From Cyanophora paradoxa CCMP329 (taxonomy: Eukaryota > Plantae > Glaucophyta), in contig QPMI01000467.1 of the NCBI GenBank assembly GCA_004431415.1, positions 1 to 47,157 on the forward strand: DNA of 47,157 nt, read 5' to 3'. How positions within the stretch are numbered: the first letter of the stretch is position 1; the number at the start of each line of letters is the position of its first letter. The notes under the pieces are model-generated. The model ran no database searches and had not been told where the DNA came from. It saw nothing but the letters and a program-made list of their open reading frames with translations. Positions 21,923 to 31,070 of this stretch are shown piece by piece. Made by a program: the position numbers and the translations under genes.

Positions 21923-22942
21923 ATGTCTACACAAATTGCTGTTCCTGTTTTCTGTTATGCCGCCCCAAAAATACATCAACTTAATCACACTGTCACAGAT
22001 GCAACTCCTGGTTTTATTTGCACTGAAACAACAGGAGCCGATTCATTTTCGCAAAACTCTGTGATTAGATGCAAAGAAATACGATGTGATCGCAATAATG
22101 GAAAGGTGAGAACCACAGGTTTAATCGTTTCAAATAAAAACCAAGTTCAATCGGGTCAAATTGTATCAGATTCAGCTATTTATGATGATGTGGGAGAGGT
22201 CACCACACCAAAGATTGTGACTTTTGATAATACCATTAATAATTCCGCTCTTGTAGTAAGAAGTGGAGGCGCTTATATTGGAAGTGGGGCAATGATTGAT
22301 GGAACCCTTACAGCAAATCAAGTAACCATCACAGGAACAAGCACATTTACAGGTTTGGTTACAGCAACTGCTGGTGTAAGTATTCCAAATTCCACACAAT
22401 CTATAATAACAGCATCTACCAAGGTTGTCACGCCTGAAATTGATACAGGAGCAAACGTCAATCTCGTTTTAAAACGAAATAGTGACATTATTGCAACACT
22501 GGAAGCTAATAGGTTAACTCTTAATTCAAGCTATTTAAAATATGATTCTCAGCCTCGTTTTGCTGCTCGACTTGGATATACTCACACTCCTACTGCTGAA
22601 GCGGCTCTGATGAATTGGCAAACAGTTCATATTAATAATACGGGTTCATTTGATGCAACTTCTGGGAGATTCACAGCTCCTGTTACGGGTCATTACAGAT
22701 TTTCGGCATATTCCTATTCAACAGTGACTGGATTAATTAGGCTAACTCTCAAAGTAAATGATCAAGACCCTGGGGGTTTATCTATTACGACATACAATAA
22801 TATGGCAACAAGCGTAAAACCGGTTTTTCTGAGTGTTATACTCCACATTCCCGAAGGTGAATATGTATCACTCTTCACAGGAACCACAAGTAATTATATA
22901 AATGAAACAAATTTCTCAGGTGAACTTCTGAGTATCACATAA
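21923..22942 (+). CDS. Fibre paralogue 2: shared N-terminal module plus C1q-like head
   Basis: KEIRCDRNNGKVRTT, SALVVRSGGAYIG; PRFAAR...NNTGSFDATSGRFTAPVTGHYRFS...GEYVSL...FSGELL. Confidence 0.85.
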   Translation: MSTQIAVPVFCYAAPKIHQLNHTVTDATPGFICTETTGADSFSQNSVIRCKEIRCDRNNGKVRTTGLIVSNKNQVQSGQIVSDSAIYDDVGEVTTPKIVTFDNTINNSALVVRSGGAYIGSGAMIDGTLTANQVTITGTSTFTGLVTATAGVSIPNSTQSIITASTKVVTPEIDTGANVNLVLKRNSDIIATLEANRLTLNSSYLKYDSQPRFAARLGYTHTPTAEAALMNWQTVHINNTGSFDATSGRFTAPVTGHYRFSAYSYSTVTGLIRLTLKVNDQDPGGLSITTYNNMATSVKPVFLSVILHIPEGEYVSLFTGTTSNYINETNFSGELLSIT

Positions 22943-22964
22943 ATTTTCTCTCTATAAAATAGGA

Positions 22965-23231
22965 ATGTCGAATATATACCAAGTGGGTCTCTCAGATACC
23001 GAAAAGTTGGGAATGGAATATTGTGCTGCTTCTGTTCAAGCATGGATTGATAATGTAGTTCATAACAGGGCAAGAATTGCAATTGATGAGATTGTTCAGA
23101 AAGAAATTCAATCTTGCATCTCATCAGGAGTTCAAATACCAACCTCCAAGGAAGCGATTGTTTTACAGGCATTCCAAAGGGGAACTGTAAAGAAAGGCAT
23201 CGAGTATAATAATGTCACAGAAGAACAATGA
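22965..23231 (+). CDS. Small phage-like protein, candidate fibre accessory or chaperone
   Basis: LSDTEKLGMEYCAASVQAWIDNVVHNRARIAIDEIV...IPTSKEAIVLQAFQRG resembles small proteins I recall next to C1q fibre genes in aquatic tailed phages (unverified). Confidence 0.6.
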   Translation: MSNIYQVGLSDTEKLGMEYCAASVQAWIDNVVHNRARIAIDEIVQKEIQSCISSGVQIPTSKEAIVLQAFQRGTVKKGIEYNNVTEEQ

Positions 23232-23266
23232 ACATTAATTTTCTTTCCTTCTTAGTAAAAGAAGCA

Positions 23267-24112
23267 ATGGGTGAATATAATCGAGTTCAACTGCCTATAT
23301 ATTCCCTTGGATCCCCTGCAATGCATTTTCGCCAGCATGAGGTAAATGATGAGGTTCGTGGTTTAGAATCCACAGAGAGACCCAACTCCAATGGTAACTC
23401 CTTTGATAAAAATTCGATTATTCGAGTTAAAGAGCTGAGAGCTGATAAGAATTCTGGTGTGGTTAAAACAACTCGACTTCTTGTGACTAATGCAAACTTC
23501 TTCCAACCTACCAATGGAGGTCCAGATGCTTACAGTGTTGATCTGAAAGCCCTCGATTTCGACAAGAATTCTGCAGCTGTTACTGTGAGATCAGGAGGAG
23601 CATTTATTGGGGGTGGCTGTCGAATTTCAGGTCAGCTTTCATCCTCAATTTCGTATAATGATGTCCCAGATACTCTAGAGCAAAATGTAGAAGACCCCCA
23701 ACGAATTCGATTATATACTCCTGTTGCACAGCAGCCATTAATTCAATTTTACATTGGATATACTGTTACTCTTGAAAACTCGGAATTAATTGAAGGAACC
23801 AAAAGAGTACTGAGAGGTCTTGCGATTCCATCTGCAATGCTTTCCCTTTGTAGAGCCAACAACAATCAAGTAGGTCATAGATACTATTTCAATGTTCAGG
23901 GATATAATCATTTCGGTTATGGCTACTGTGTTTATAATAATAATTTCACCTTTGACTTGTTTGTTACTGATATTGGGTTATATACTATAACTCTTATCGG
24001 TTTGAGAACAGATATAGCCGCTGTATCAGCTCTTAGAGGTGTAACTCCTGATACTCTTTCAGTTACAGGGTTTTACATGGAGCCAGATGTAATTGATGAC
24101 CCAACCCCATAA
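23267..24112 (+). CDS. Fibre paralogue 3: shared N-terminal module plus a different phage-fibre-type C-terminal domain
   Basis: KELRADKNSGVVKTTRLLVTNAN, VRSGGAFIG; C-terminal DPQRIRLY...IPSAMLSLC...GYNHFG...LIGLRTD. Second ATG (23267) of ORF 23228-24112 is the likelier start. Confidence 0.7.
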   Translation: MGEYNRVQLPIYSLGSPAMHFRQHEVNDEVRGLESTERPNSNGNSFDKNSIIRVKELRADKNSGVVKTTRLLVTNANFFQPTNGGPDAYSVDLKALDFDKNSAAVTVRSGGAFIGGGCRISGQLSSSISYNDVPDTLEQNVEDPQRIRLYTPVAQQPLIQFYIGYTVTLENSELIEGTKRVLRGLAIPSAMLSLCRANNNQVGHRYYFNVQGYNHFGYGYCVYNNNFTFDLFVTDIGLYTITLIGLRTDIAAVSALRGVTPDTLSVTGFYMEPDVIDDPTP

Positions 24113-24135
24113 AAGATATATCCCTTTAATGTAAA

Positions 24136-24969
24136 ATGGCTGAGCAACCCCCACTTGAACGAATTATTACACCTCAACTATCATTAGCTGCCCCAGCAAA
24201 CCATGTTTTACAGCATGCTACTTTTGATGATGTGGAAGGTCTCCAATCCACAGAGGTCCAACCTACAATGAACACCTTTGGTTCCACCCACAAACTGAGA
24301 TTACAGGAACTCAGATGTGATAAAAATAATGGAATAGTTAAGACAACTAAGCTACTTGTCACAAATGCAAACTTTTCTGCTCATTATGGAGACCCAGATA
24401 GCTATGGAGATCCTCTGTCTACTTATTCTTTTGAATCTAGGTCGGGAGCTATTAACTGCAAATCGGGGGGAGCTTATATTGGTGATGGTCTTAGGGTTGG
24501 TGGGGCTGTTGGAGCGCCTTTATTTGTGAATGATCAACCCAATCCTATTGATCCCAATACAAGAATTCGAACCTATGTCCCCAGCATGAATGCCCCATAC
24601 ATTATAAAGATATTCCCCATTGTTGTAAATGAACAAACAGCAGTAGTAGACTCCCTTGTTGAGATTGGTGACCACTACAAGGTAGTTGTGGATATCCCAC
24701 CAGATGTTTATGCTCTTTGTCAAGTAGAGGGTGGAACTCCTAATTTTGCTGTTGTGATCACCCCATATGATAATTTCGGAATTGCTTATCATGGAGTCAA
24801 TTTCGGTTTGGAAGACTACCAGTTTCTGGTTAGAGCCACCAAGTTTGGTATCTACAAGTGTGTATTATATGCTGAGAGAACCGATTTTATTGCAAAGCAG
24901 AATACCTATGCTGAATACTATGGGACAAATCGATATTTCCCCATTTTTGGGCAGGATACTGCTCCATAA
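24136..24969 (+). CDS. Fibre paralogue 4, same architecture as paralogue 3
   Basis: QELRCDKNNGIVKTTKLLVTNAN, KSGGAYIGDG; PIDPNTRIRTY...IPPDVYALC...ITPYDNFG...LYAERTD. Confidence 0.72.
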   Translation: MAEQPPLERIITPQLSLAAPANHVLQHATFDDVEGLQSTEVQPTMNTFGSTHKLRLQELRCDKNNGIVKTTKLLVTNANFSAHYGDPDSYGDPLSTYSFESRSGAINCKSGGAYIGDGLRVGGAVGAPLFVNDQPNPIDPNTRIRTYVPSMNAPYIIKIFPIVVNEQTAVVDSLVEIGDHYKVVVDIPPDVYALCQVEGGTPNFAVVITPYDNFGIAYHGVNFGLEDYQFLVRATKFGIYKCVLYAERTDFIAKQNTYAEYYGTNRYFPIFGQDTAP

Positions 24970-24991
24970 GAATATTGGTTATATATAGAGT

Positions 24992-25264
24992 ATGGATAGT
25001 AAAACAAAAAAGTTTATTGATGCTGCTATGACAGTTCATGGTAAAGATAAATTCGATTACAGTGAGACACATTACATCAAAGCTCAAGAGAAAGTATCTG
25101 TTAGATGTTTGCAGTGTAACAAGGTGATCCTTACATATCCCTTTAATCATGTGAAGGGATCAGGTTGTAGGGAATGCAACAAAAAGCATTCTCAGGCTTA
25201 CAGGAAAAGGGCTACTTCATCAATCAAAGTAGAGTACAGGGATATTTGCATTAGGTTCGATTAG
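24992..25264 (+). CDS. Stand-alone DUF723/CapR-like zinc-ribbon protein
   Basis: FIDAAMTVHGKDKFDYS...Y...KVSVRC..C......NHVKGSGCREC, the unit usually repeated in viral homing-endonuclease-like proteins. Confidence 0.7.
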   Translation: MDSKTKKFIDAAMTVHGKDKFDYSETHYIKAQEKVSVRCLQCNKVILTYPFNHVKGSGCRECNKKHSQAYRKRATSSIKVEYRDICIRFD

Positions 25265-25293
25265 GTTTAATTAATTTTTCTAAGGTATTCTTA

Positions 25294-25692
25294 ATGGAGA
25301 CTAAATACAGAGGCTTTCATGTAATGCTTGATTACAAGGCTAAAACAGCTATAGCAACAGGCTATGAGCATGTTAGCTTTCTTGGTAATTGGATTATGAG
25401 AACCCTTGAACAAGCAATATTGAGACAAGGTATTAGGATTGTTCATAAACACTGTGAGATATTTGATGGCAAACTATCACCTCCTGGTTTTGCATTGGTT
25501 CTGCTATTAGATGAAAGCCATTGCACAGCTCATTGTTATTCCAATGAAGGCATGTTAGCAATTGATATATTCAGTTGTGGTAAAGAAGCTCAGCATAAAA
25601 CACAATCAGTAGCAGATGAGATCGATAAAACAATGAATTTCTTAACATTTGAGAAGACTGAGAGACATAAACATGATAGATTCCCGTTTTGA
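25294..25692 (+). CDS. speD: S-adenosylmethionine decarboxylase proenzyme family (prokaryotic-type SpeD/SpeH, pyruvoyl-dependent)
   Basis: GFHVMLD; F...PPGFALVLLLDESHCTAHCY..EGMLAIDIFSCG contains the E|SH autocleavage site and catalytic Cys; 132 aa. Confidence 0.88.
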   Translation: METKYRGFHVMLDYKAKTAIATGYEHVSFLGNWIMRTLEQAILRQGIRIVHKHCEIFDGKLSPPGFALVLLLDESHCTAHCYSNEGMLAIDIFSCGKEAQHKTQSVADEIDKTMNFLTFEKTERHKHDRFPF

Positions 25693-25742
25693 TGGGTTTC
25701 TATAATGAATTTCTAAAGGATTCCTTTGTTTTCTAACAATAA

Positions 25743-25807
25743 CATTGATAAGCTACTGTAACAAAAAGATATAATATATCCTTTCACTACAGTAGCTTTA
25801 TACAATG
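25743..25807 (+). terminator. Long imperfect hairpin downstream of the last gene; candidate 3'-end/polyadenylation signal
   Basis: AAGCTACTGTA (25750-25760) pairs with TACAGTAGCTT (25788-25798); inner GATATA/TATATC pair. Confidence 0.45.
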
Positions 25808-26153
25808 ATTATTTTCCGGATTCCGGACATTTTTTACGATAGAATTCTATTGTAAGTAATTGGAATAATGTTCGATTTCATTACAGTAAAATTCAACATT
25901 CCCCTAGATTCCCCCTATTATATAATATTTATATTTAAGTGGAATCAAGGTTGACTCATATTAATCGTAAAAGTAGTAATAGTATATGGATTTTGTTACG
26001 AATTCAATGCAAGGGTTGACTAAGTGGGTTGAGTTGACTCAAATTTCACAGGAAATAACAATGAATCAGAGTATAAAATGCATTTTTTGAATCAACTACA
26101 CCAACTAACACTGAGATTTTCACAATATATGAGATCCTTACTGAATATGGTAT

Positions 26154-26244
26154 GTGTCACAGGTGTCACAGGTTTATCCCAGCTCAAGCCCTATAAAGAG
26201 TGATTTTCCCTTTCGATGGGATGGACCTGTGACACCTGTGACAC
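26154..26244. repeat. Iteron-like inverted repeat cassette B
   Basis: Perfect 20-bp inverted repeat GTGTCACAGGTGTCACAGGT (26154-26173) / ACCTGTGACACCTGTGACAC (26225-26244) with a 51-bp spacer. Confidence 0.85.
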
Positions 26245-26498
26245 CCAATTATTCATTAAATTCCTAAGGGTCCCCCCTTAGACTCAATAAAACAATGATA
26301 AAAACATATAAGTTTCATGTATAATTACGATTGAATTCAATAAGAGATCGATTTGTTTTATTTAACAAATGAATCTTTTATGGATCTTAATCGAGTTTAG
26401 CGATATATTTCCGATTAAATGAATTAAATTTAATTAAATTTAATCGAGAAAGTACATGAATATAATATCGATTAAATCAATTACCTTTTAGACCAATC

Positions 26499-26781
26499 AC
26501 ACATAGTAAAATGCGGAGTTTTAACCAGAGGCAAGATCTAATTGAGATTCAGTTATATTATTCGGAAATATATACAGATTATCGATAGAATCAGTAAGAC
26601 TAATCGGAAAATAAGAGAAATTTACGATAAAATATCGAAAAGAATACAAAATAATCGAAATAATTGAATATTCGATAAGATATACACAGATTATCGATTG
26701 ATTGAAATAGAATATACGAGATATATCAACAAAATCAATTAAGATAAGCCGAGGGTTAAAACTCCGCATTTTACTATGTGT
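26499..26781. repeat. Perfect 28-bp inverted repeat enclosing 227 bp at the right virus-host junction
   Basis: ACACATAGTAAAATGCGGAGTTTTAACC (26499-26526) and its exact reverse complement (26754-26781); composition changes immediately after. Confidence 0.9.
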
Positions 26782-29700
26782 CTTCGAGTTTCGGGAGGCG
26801 ACAGGTCCGATTCCGGGAGTGGATGCTGCAACAAATTGCGGAACTGCTGAGCAGTCATCGGAGACCAAACACGTGAAAATGTCATCGATTGATAGCGGAA
26901 GCTGCGGAGTGCTGAAATTGGAGCCACTAGCACAAGGCACAACTGGTCCAGATGAACTGCCCGTTGATGTAATCATCGGCCCAACTGAACTCTGTAGGGT
27001 ATCCGCAGATGCAGATAAAGATTTGACCATCCACGCCACCCGAGCCTTACGCGACAGAAATTTCAAGGACTTCCGCTCATTTTCCACTATGGTCGACGTC
27101 GCTGGTATAAGCTGAACAGGGATCAGAAAATACAAATGTCGAGCTGGATATCGGGAGACCACTCACCGATAGTGCCTCACCCACGTTTCCGCTTCTGCCA
27201 CCGGAATGGCCAGGAGGTGTATCCGACTGGGATCCAACGAAGGTCATCAAAAAAAACCAAGTAAGAGAATCGCACAGATATGCATTCACCGACAAAGAAA
27301 CACTGTCAATGTCGCTAGCATCAGCATCCTTCGATACAACACAAAGAATCAAACGGGAATCATCGACACATATATATAGAGTAAACTACTCACACGATCA
27401 GCACCGTTGTCGTCATCATCGGAATCACCCGTTCTCGCCTTTTCCCAGCCTAATATACAAAACACCGCATATTCAAAGGGGAATCATAAATAGTGCGATT
27501 GAGTACAACTATTAATCACTCACGCCGCTGGCATCGCGTCGGGGAACAGTTACTTTGCTTGCTTTCCGCTTTTTGGACGCAGAACGGCCTTGGTGTGCAA
27601 CCATTCCTTGTGTCGAACCCGGAGACTTTTTGCTACTTGCACCAGTCGATACACGCGTGCGCCGTCTGTCAGCAGCATCTTCCTTGGACTGATCCTGGTA
27701 GGATCGTAGTGAATAATTGAGGATGTTCAAATGGTGTGATAAATATTAATTGAACCCGCACCGGTGCATCAGAAGATGAACTACAGATTTTATACTTTTT
27801 TCCGTCGACTTGAAACTGGACAACTGCAGGATTCGATCGTTGGCGGTCACCTGCTCATGTTAAATAAGCAGACACTCGAACAGATTTAATTAAGGATTCC
27901 ATCAGGATAGGCCCAAAAATCAACCTCACCATCTGGCTCTTCTCGTATCTTACCACTGCGACGTGAACCAGGTACACTCGCTCCTGCGACACCTTGTTGA
28001 ATAGCAGCTGCAAATAGGCCAGCAACGATCAACGACAGATAATTATCGCGTGTTTTTCTACCAAACCTTGGTCGGGGACCGACGGAGAGGCAGGTGATGG
28101 CACCGGCAAGACGGCCAGAGAACGGGCTTCCATGTCACTCGCCGGCCCAATGCATCGCCCCCCATGAAACCCGGCTGTTCGGGAGGTGCGAATGCCGAAC
28201 CGGAATCCTGCACAGGGATCAGCGTGAAGGCAAACGCATGGGGAACCGCAACGGCGACTACATCATCGCCGACTCGCAGGCTGGAACGCCGATTGGGTAG
28301 ACGTGACGGTTGCGGGTCAACTCCACGGTCCGCACAATGGGACATGCGAGCACTCCGCGCAGAGAGACGGGCCTCCAAAAGTTTACTGCCAAGCTTGGGT
28401 GACCCGTCGCGGGCTGCAACGCGGCTCAGAACCTGCGAACTTGTCATTGGAATTAATAGACGGGCCAGTTGAAAGAGCGCACGACATACCGATTTAATGG
28501 CATCGGATTGTTGAAGCCCACGCTGACCGGATGAATCATGTAGGCCAACACGAGGCTCGTCGGCAGGAGGTTCCGAGGATTGCTAGGTAACAGTTGGTGA
28601 GAAAATAAAATAAATAACAATAAGCCAAGCAAAACGCATGCAGTCACCAACGATAACAGCATGTCCGAGTACCTCTGAATCGCGTCCTCATTGCGTGCAA
28701 TCTGATGTAGATCTGAAATCTGAGAAGTCCATAAACGCGCAAAATATATTAATCATACATTTCAAATGATGCAGGTCAAAAAACATGAGAACCCACCTTC
28801 TCACAAGCCAGGGAATATATGAGCGTCCTCATATTCACGATGTCGTCAGGGGTGCAAATGAACTATTAGCAAAATCAGGAGATATGGAGTGAGACGACAC
28901 ACAACAGTAACCTGTGGAGTAGATACGCTACCACCCTCAGTTTGCATAAATTCGGTTAGGCAACCTGTAACGAGTAGCTCTGAGTTCACACAAACATGAA
29001 CACCGCAATCAACGCCTCCTTGACGCGTTGCCTGCAAACAGCCCCCATCAATCGAATGCCTTAAATATTATAATCCAGCCAGAATGTACGTACTTCGGCT
29101 ACAACATAGTTGAAAACAAGGTCACCGGATAATATATCGCGAGGTGACCCGGGAAACAGAGCCTTGTCCCGGTACGCCGATTGGAAGAACCTGAATCGGA
29201 TTCACGTTACAGAGCCCCGTAGTCATATACACAAAGCCGACCTTATAAGCGAGCCCTTAAGGAGACGTGTACATTTCCGGTCCAAGAATGCGTTCTCGTC
29301 CGTACCCATTGAACACACTTGCACAATAGCCGGTCGCAGTCGAGGGTCCGATATTCGTTGGCCGAGGCTACCCAAATTGCAGACAATTACGAGAATCCAA
29401 TGACTGCACATTGATCAGTATGCATGCCGCTGCACTAAAAGAAGGCGAGACGCTTACTTGGGCAGGTGCACAGGAAACCCAAGAAACTGGGTTTTGAAAA
29501 TATTCACGCCAGCCTTAACGAACCATTTCCTAGCCCGATCCGATTCCCCGTACCCCGCCTGTGCATAGTCAATATCGGCAAGACGGAATAAGGCGATACA
29601 TGATACACACCTTCAGAAGCACGGTAAAATACGTGTTGAAAAAACAGACACTCGTCGCAGGTACAGAAGCCCTGAACGTCGGATCACGCAACTTTTCCAT

Positions 29701-29933
29701 CAAGCAACTATACCGTTCGTGGTCACGGCAACAATCAAAAGCGCATGACGCTGCAAGAAACTGCGTTAACTCACTGGTGGAAAAAATTCACGACCTCATC
29801 AGTAAATTCTTCGTTCGGTCTCAGGGTAGCAATGTCCCGACGTTTGAGAGATCCACTAAGAACCCCATCGTCGAAACTATAAAGTACTGTGTCTCCGTCC
29901 TTCGCGTTCCAATCTGCGCATTCCAGTATTAAC

Positions 29934-31070
29934 TCAGGCGATACAGAACAGTGGCATCACCAAATTCGAGGCACCCGCAACTGACGTGCCCAATCGCGTG
30001 ATTGTAGATTTAACAATTCGGATGAATGCATCTTTGGCGACGCGCGACATTTTGCCATCACTACCGTTTGAATCATACGTTATCACAGAGTCCCTCCAAG
30101 ACAAGACGATTCGGTTTCTCTCGGTTAGAATTCCGGATATCACTGGACATTGCAAAGAAAGTAGCTCGGCTTCATCTGCGCACGGGTGCGACGACGACAA
30201 CTTTCGCTCGAATTCAAGACGCAAATTCTTCAATTCGCTGATGCAGTCCAGAAGATGGGTCAGATGCTTGAACCCAGAACCGATATCTGGATTCGGCGAC
30301 GACAATAAATGCTGTAGACGACAGTAATCATCCCACATCGATCCGTAAGTAGCCTTCGAGACCTCTTCGATCCGCGATAATTCAATGAAATTGATGAACG
30401 ACGCAGCCATCATCTCGACGTGCAGATAGTGTTTCACTCCGTCATCGCGCATCTTCGCTAGTTCCACCACAATTTCACGGGGCGTCAGTCCCTGTGCAAC
30501 CCACGACTTGAAGGTCGTCTCTGTCATCTGGCGCATGTTCGACGTGGCCTCGTCATCCAGGAATGACGTGTCGAAGGCATTAGATGACCCGTACGCAGAT
30601 ATTTCAGCCGCGTCCTCCAAAGTGACTGATTTAGAGTTAAGCAGCCAGTTGAAGGCACGCTCCATGGTACTGTGTAGATGAATGCTGTACGAACGCCGTT
30701 GGGTTAGGACGACAAACTTGTTGAAGGCCTCCGCTGCTTCCCGCAAGTTGTACTTCAATTTGAAGACTGCCGTCATAATATTGTTCAGCAACAAGTAAAG
30801 ACCACAATGCCCTCGGATATTCCCAGGGACGTTCCAGAAGATCTCAGGCGGAAACACCGGTTTGGCTGGAAGGAAAGACACATTCAAAAATAGATGAGAG
30901 TACAAAAAATCAAGATACAAGAACATACTGAGGGGTAGCCAATCGTCGCCTTCCCACGGCAACAGATTCGTCGCATTCACAACCGCATCGAACGCCCTCT
31001 TAAGATCTTTCGCAGCACCCACCGCGCGTTCCATGACGAGTGACGGCAGCTCAAAATCTCCCGCAGGCAA
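29934..31070 (-). CDS. Host hypothetical protein or exon, predicted mainly helical
   Basis: 378-codon ORF in non-repetitive, moderate-GC DNA with ordinary amino-acid composition; no motif recognised; start uncertain. Confidence 0.45.
   Translation of the reverse strand: MPAGDFELPSLVMERAVGAAKDLKRAFDAVVNATNLLPWEGDDWLPLSMFLYLDFLYSHLFLNVSFLPAKPVFPPEIFWNVPGNIRGHCGLYLLLNNIMTAVFKLKYNLREAAEAFNKFVVLTQRRSYSIHLHSTMERAFNWLLNSKSVTLEDAAEISAYGSSNAFDTSFLDDEATSNMRQMTETTFKSWVAQGLTPREIVVELAKMRDDGVKHYLHVEMMAASFINFIELSRIEEVSKATYGSMWDDYCRLQHLLSSPNPDIGSGFKHLTHLLDCISELKNLRLEFERKLSSSHPCADEAELLSLQCPVISGILTERNRIVLSWRDSVITYDSNGSDGKMSRVAKDAFIRIVKSTITRLGTSVAGASNLVMPLFCIA

Larger units (their letters stand above)
1..26781. 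mobile_element. Endogenous Polinton-like virus / Maverick-type integrated dsDNA virus; left boundary not identified, start coordinate nominal
   Basis: Co-located rve integrase, pPolB, A32-like ATPase, DJR major capsid, penton-like genes and D5 primase-helicase. AT-rich with short intergenic spacers. Abrupt switch to CpG-rich DNA after ...ACTATGTGT at 26781. Confidence 0.93.

Noticed and set aside
20850-24969. Diversity-generating retroelement or invertase shufflon acting on the fibre heads
   Set aside because: No reverse transcriptase, template/variable repeat pair, site-specific recombinase or inverted head cassettes were seen; all paralogues are full genes on one strand.
631-24988. Short antisense or alternate-frame ORFs overlapping viral genes (e.g. 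631-903, 5435-5863, 15816-16121, 16801-17079)
   Set aside because: Shadows of motif-supported genes on the other strand or frame.
1-26781. Bacterial prophage or classical virophage (Lavidaviridae)
   Set aside because: No terminase, portal or HK97 capsid was seen. The A32 ATPase, pentons, pPolB and rve integrase point to Preplasmiviricota, and the MCP motifs and missing protease fit a PLV better than a virophage.
26521-27162. 213-aa ORF as a real gene in its entirety
   Set aside because: It spans the host-virus junction, and its 3' part is AT-rich terminal DNA translating to I/Y/F/S low-complexity sequence.
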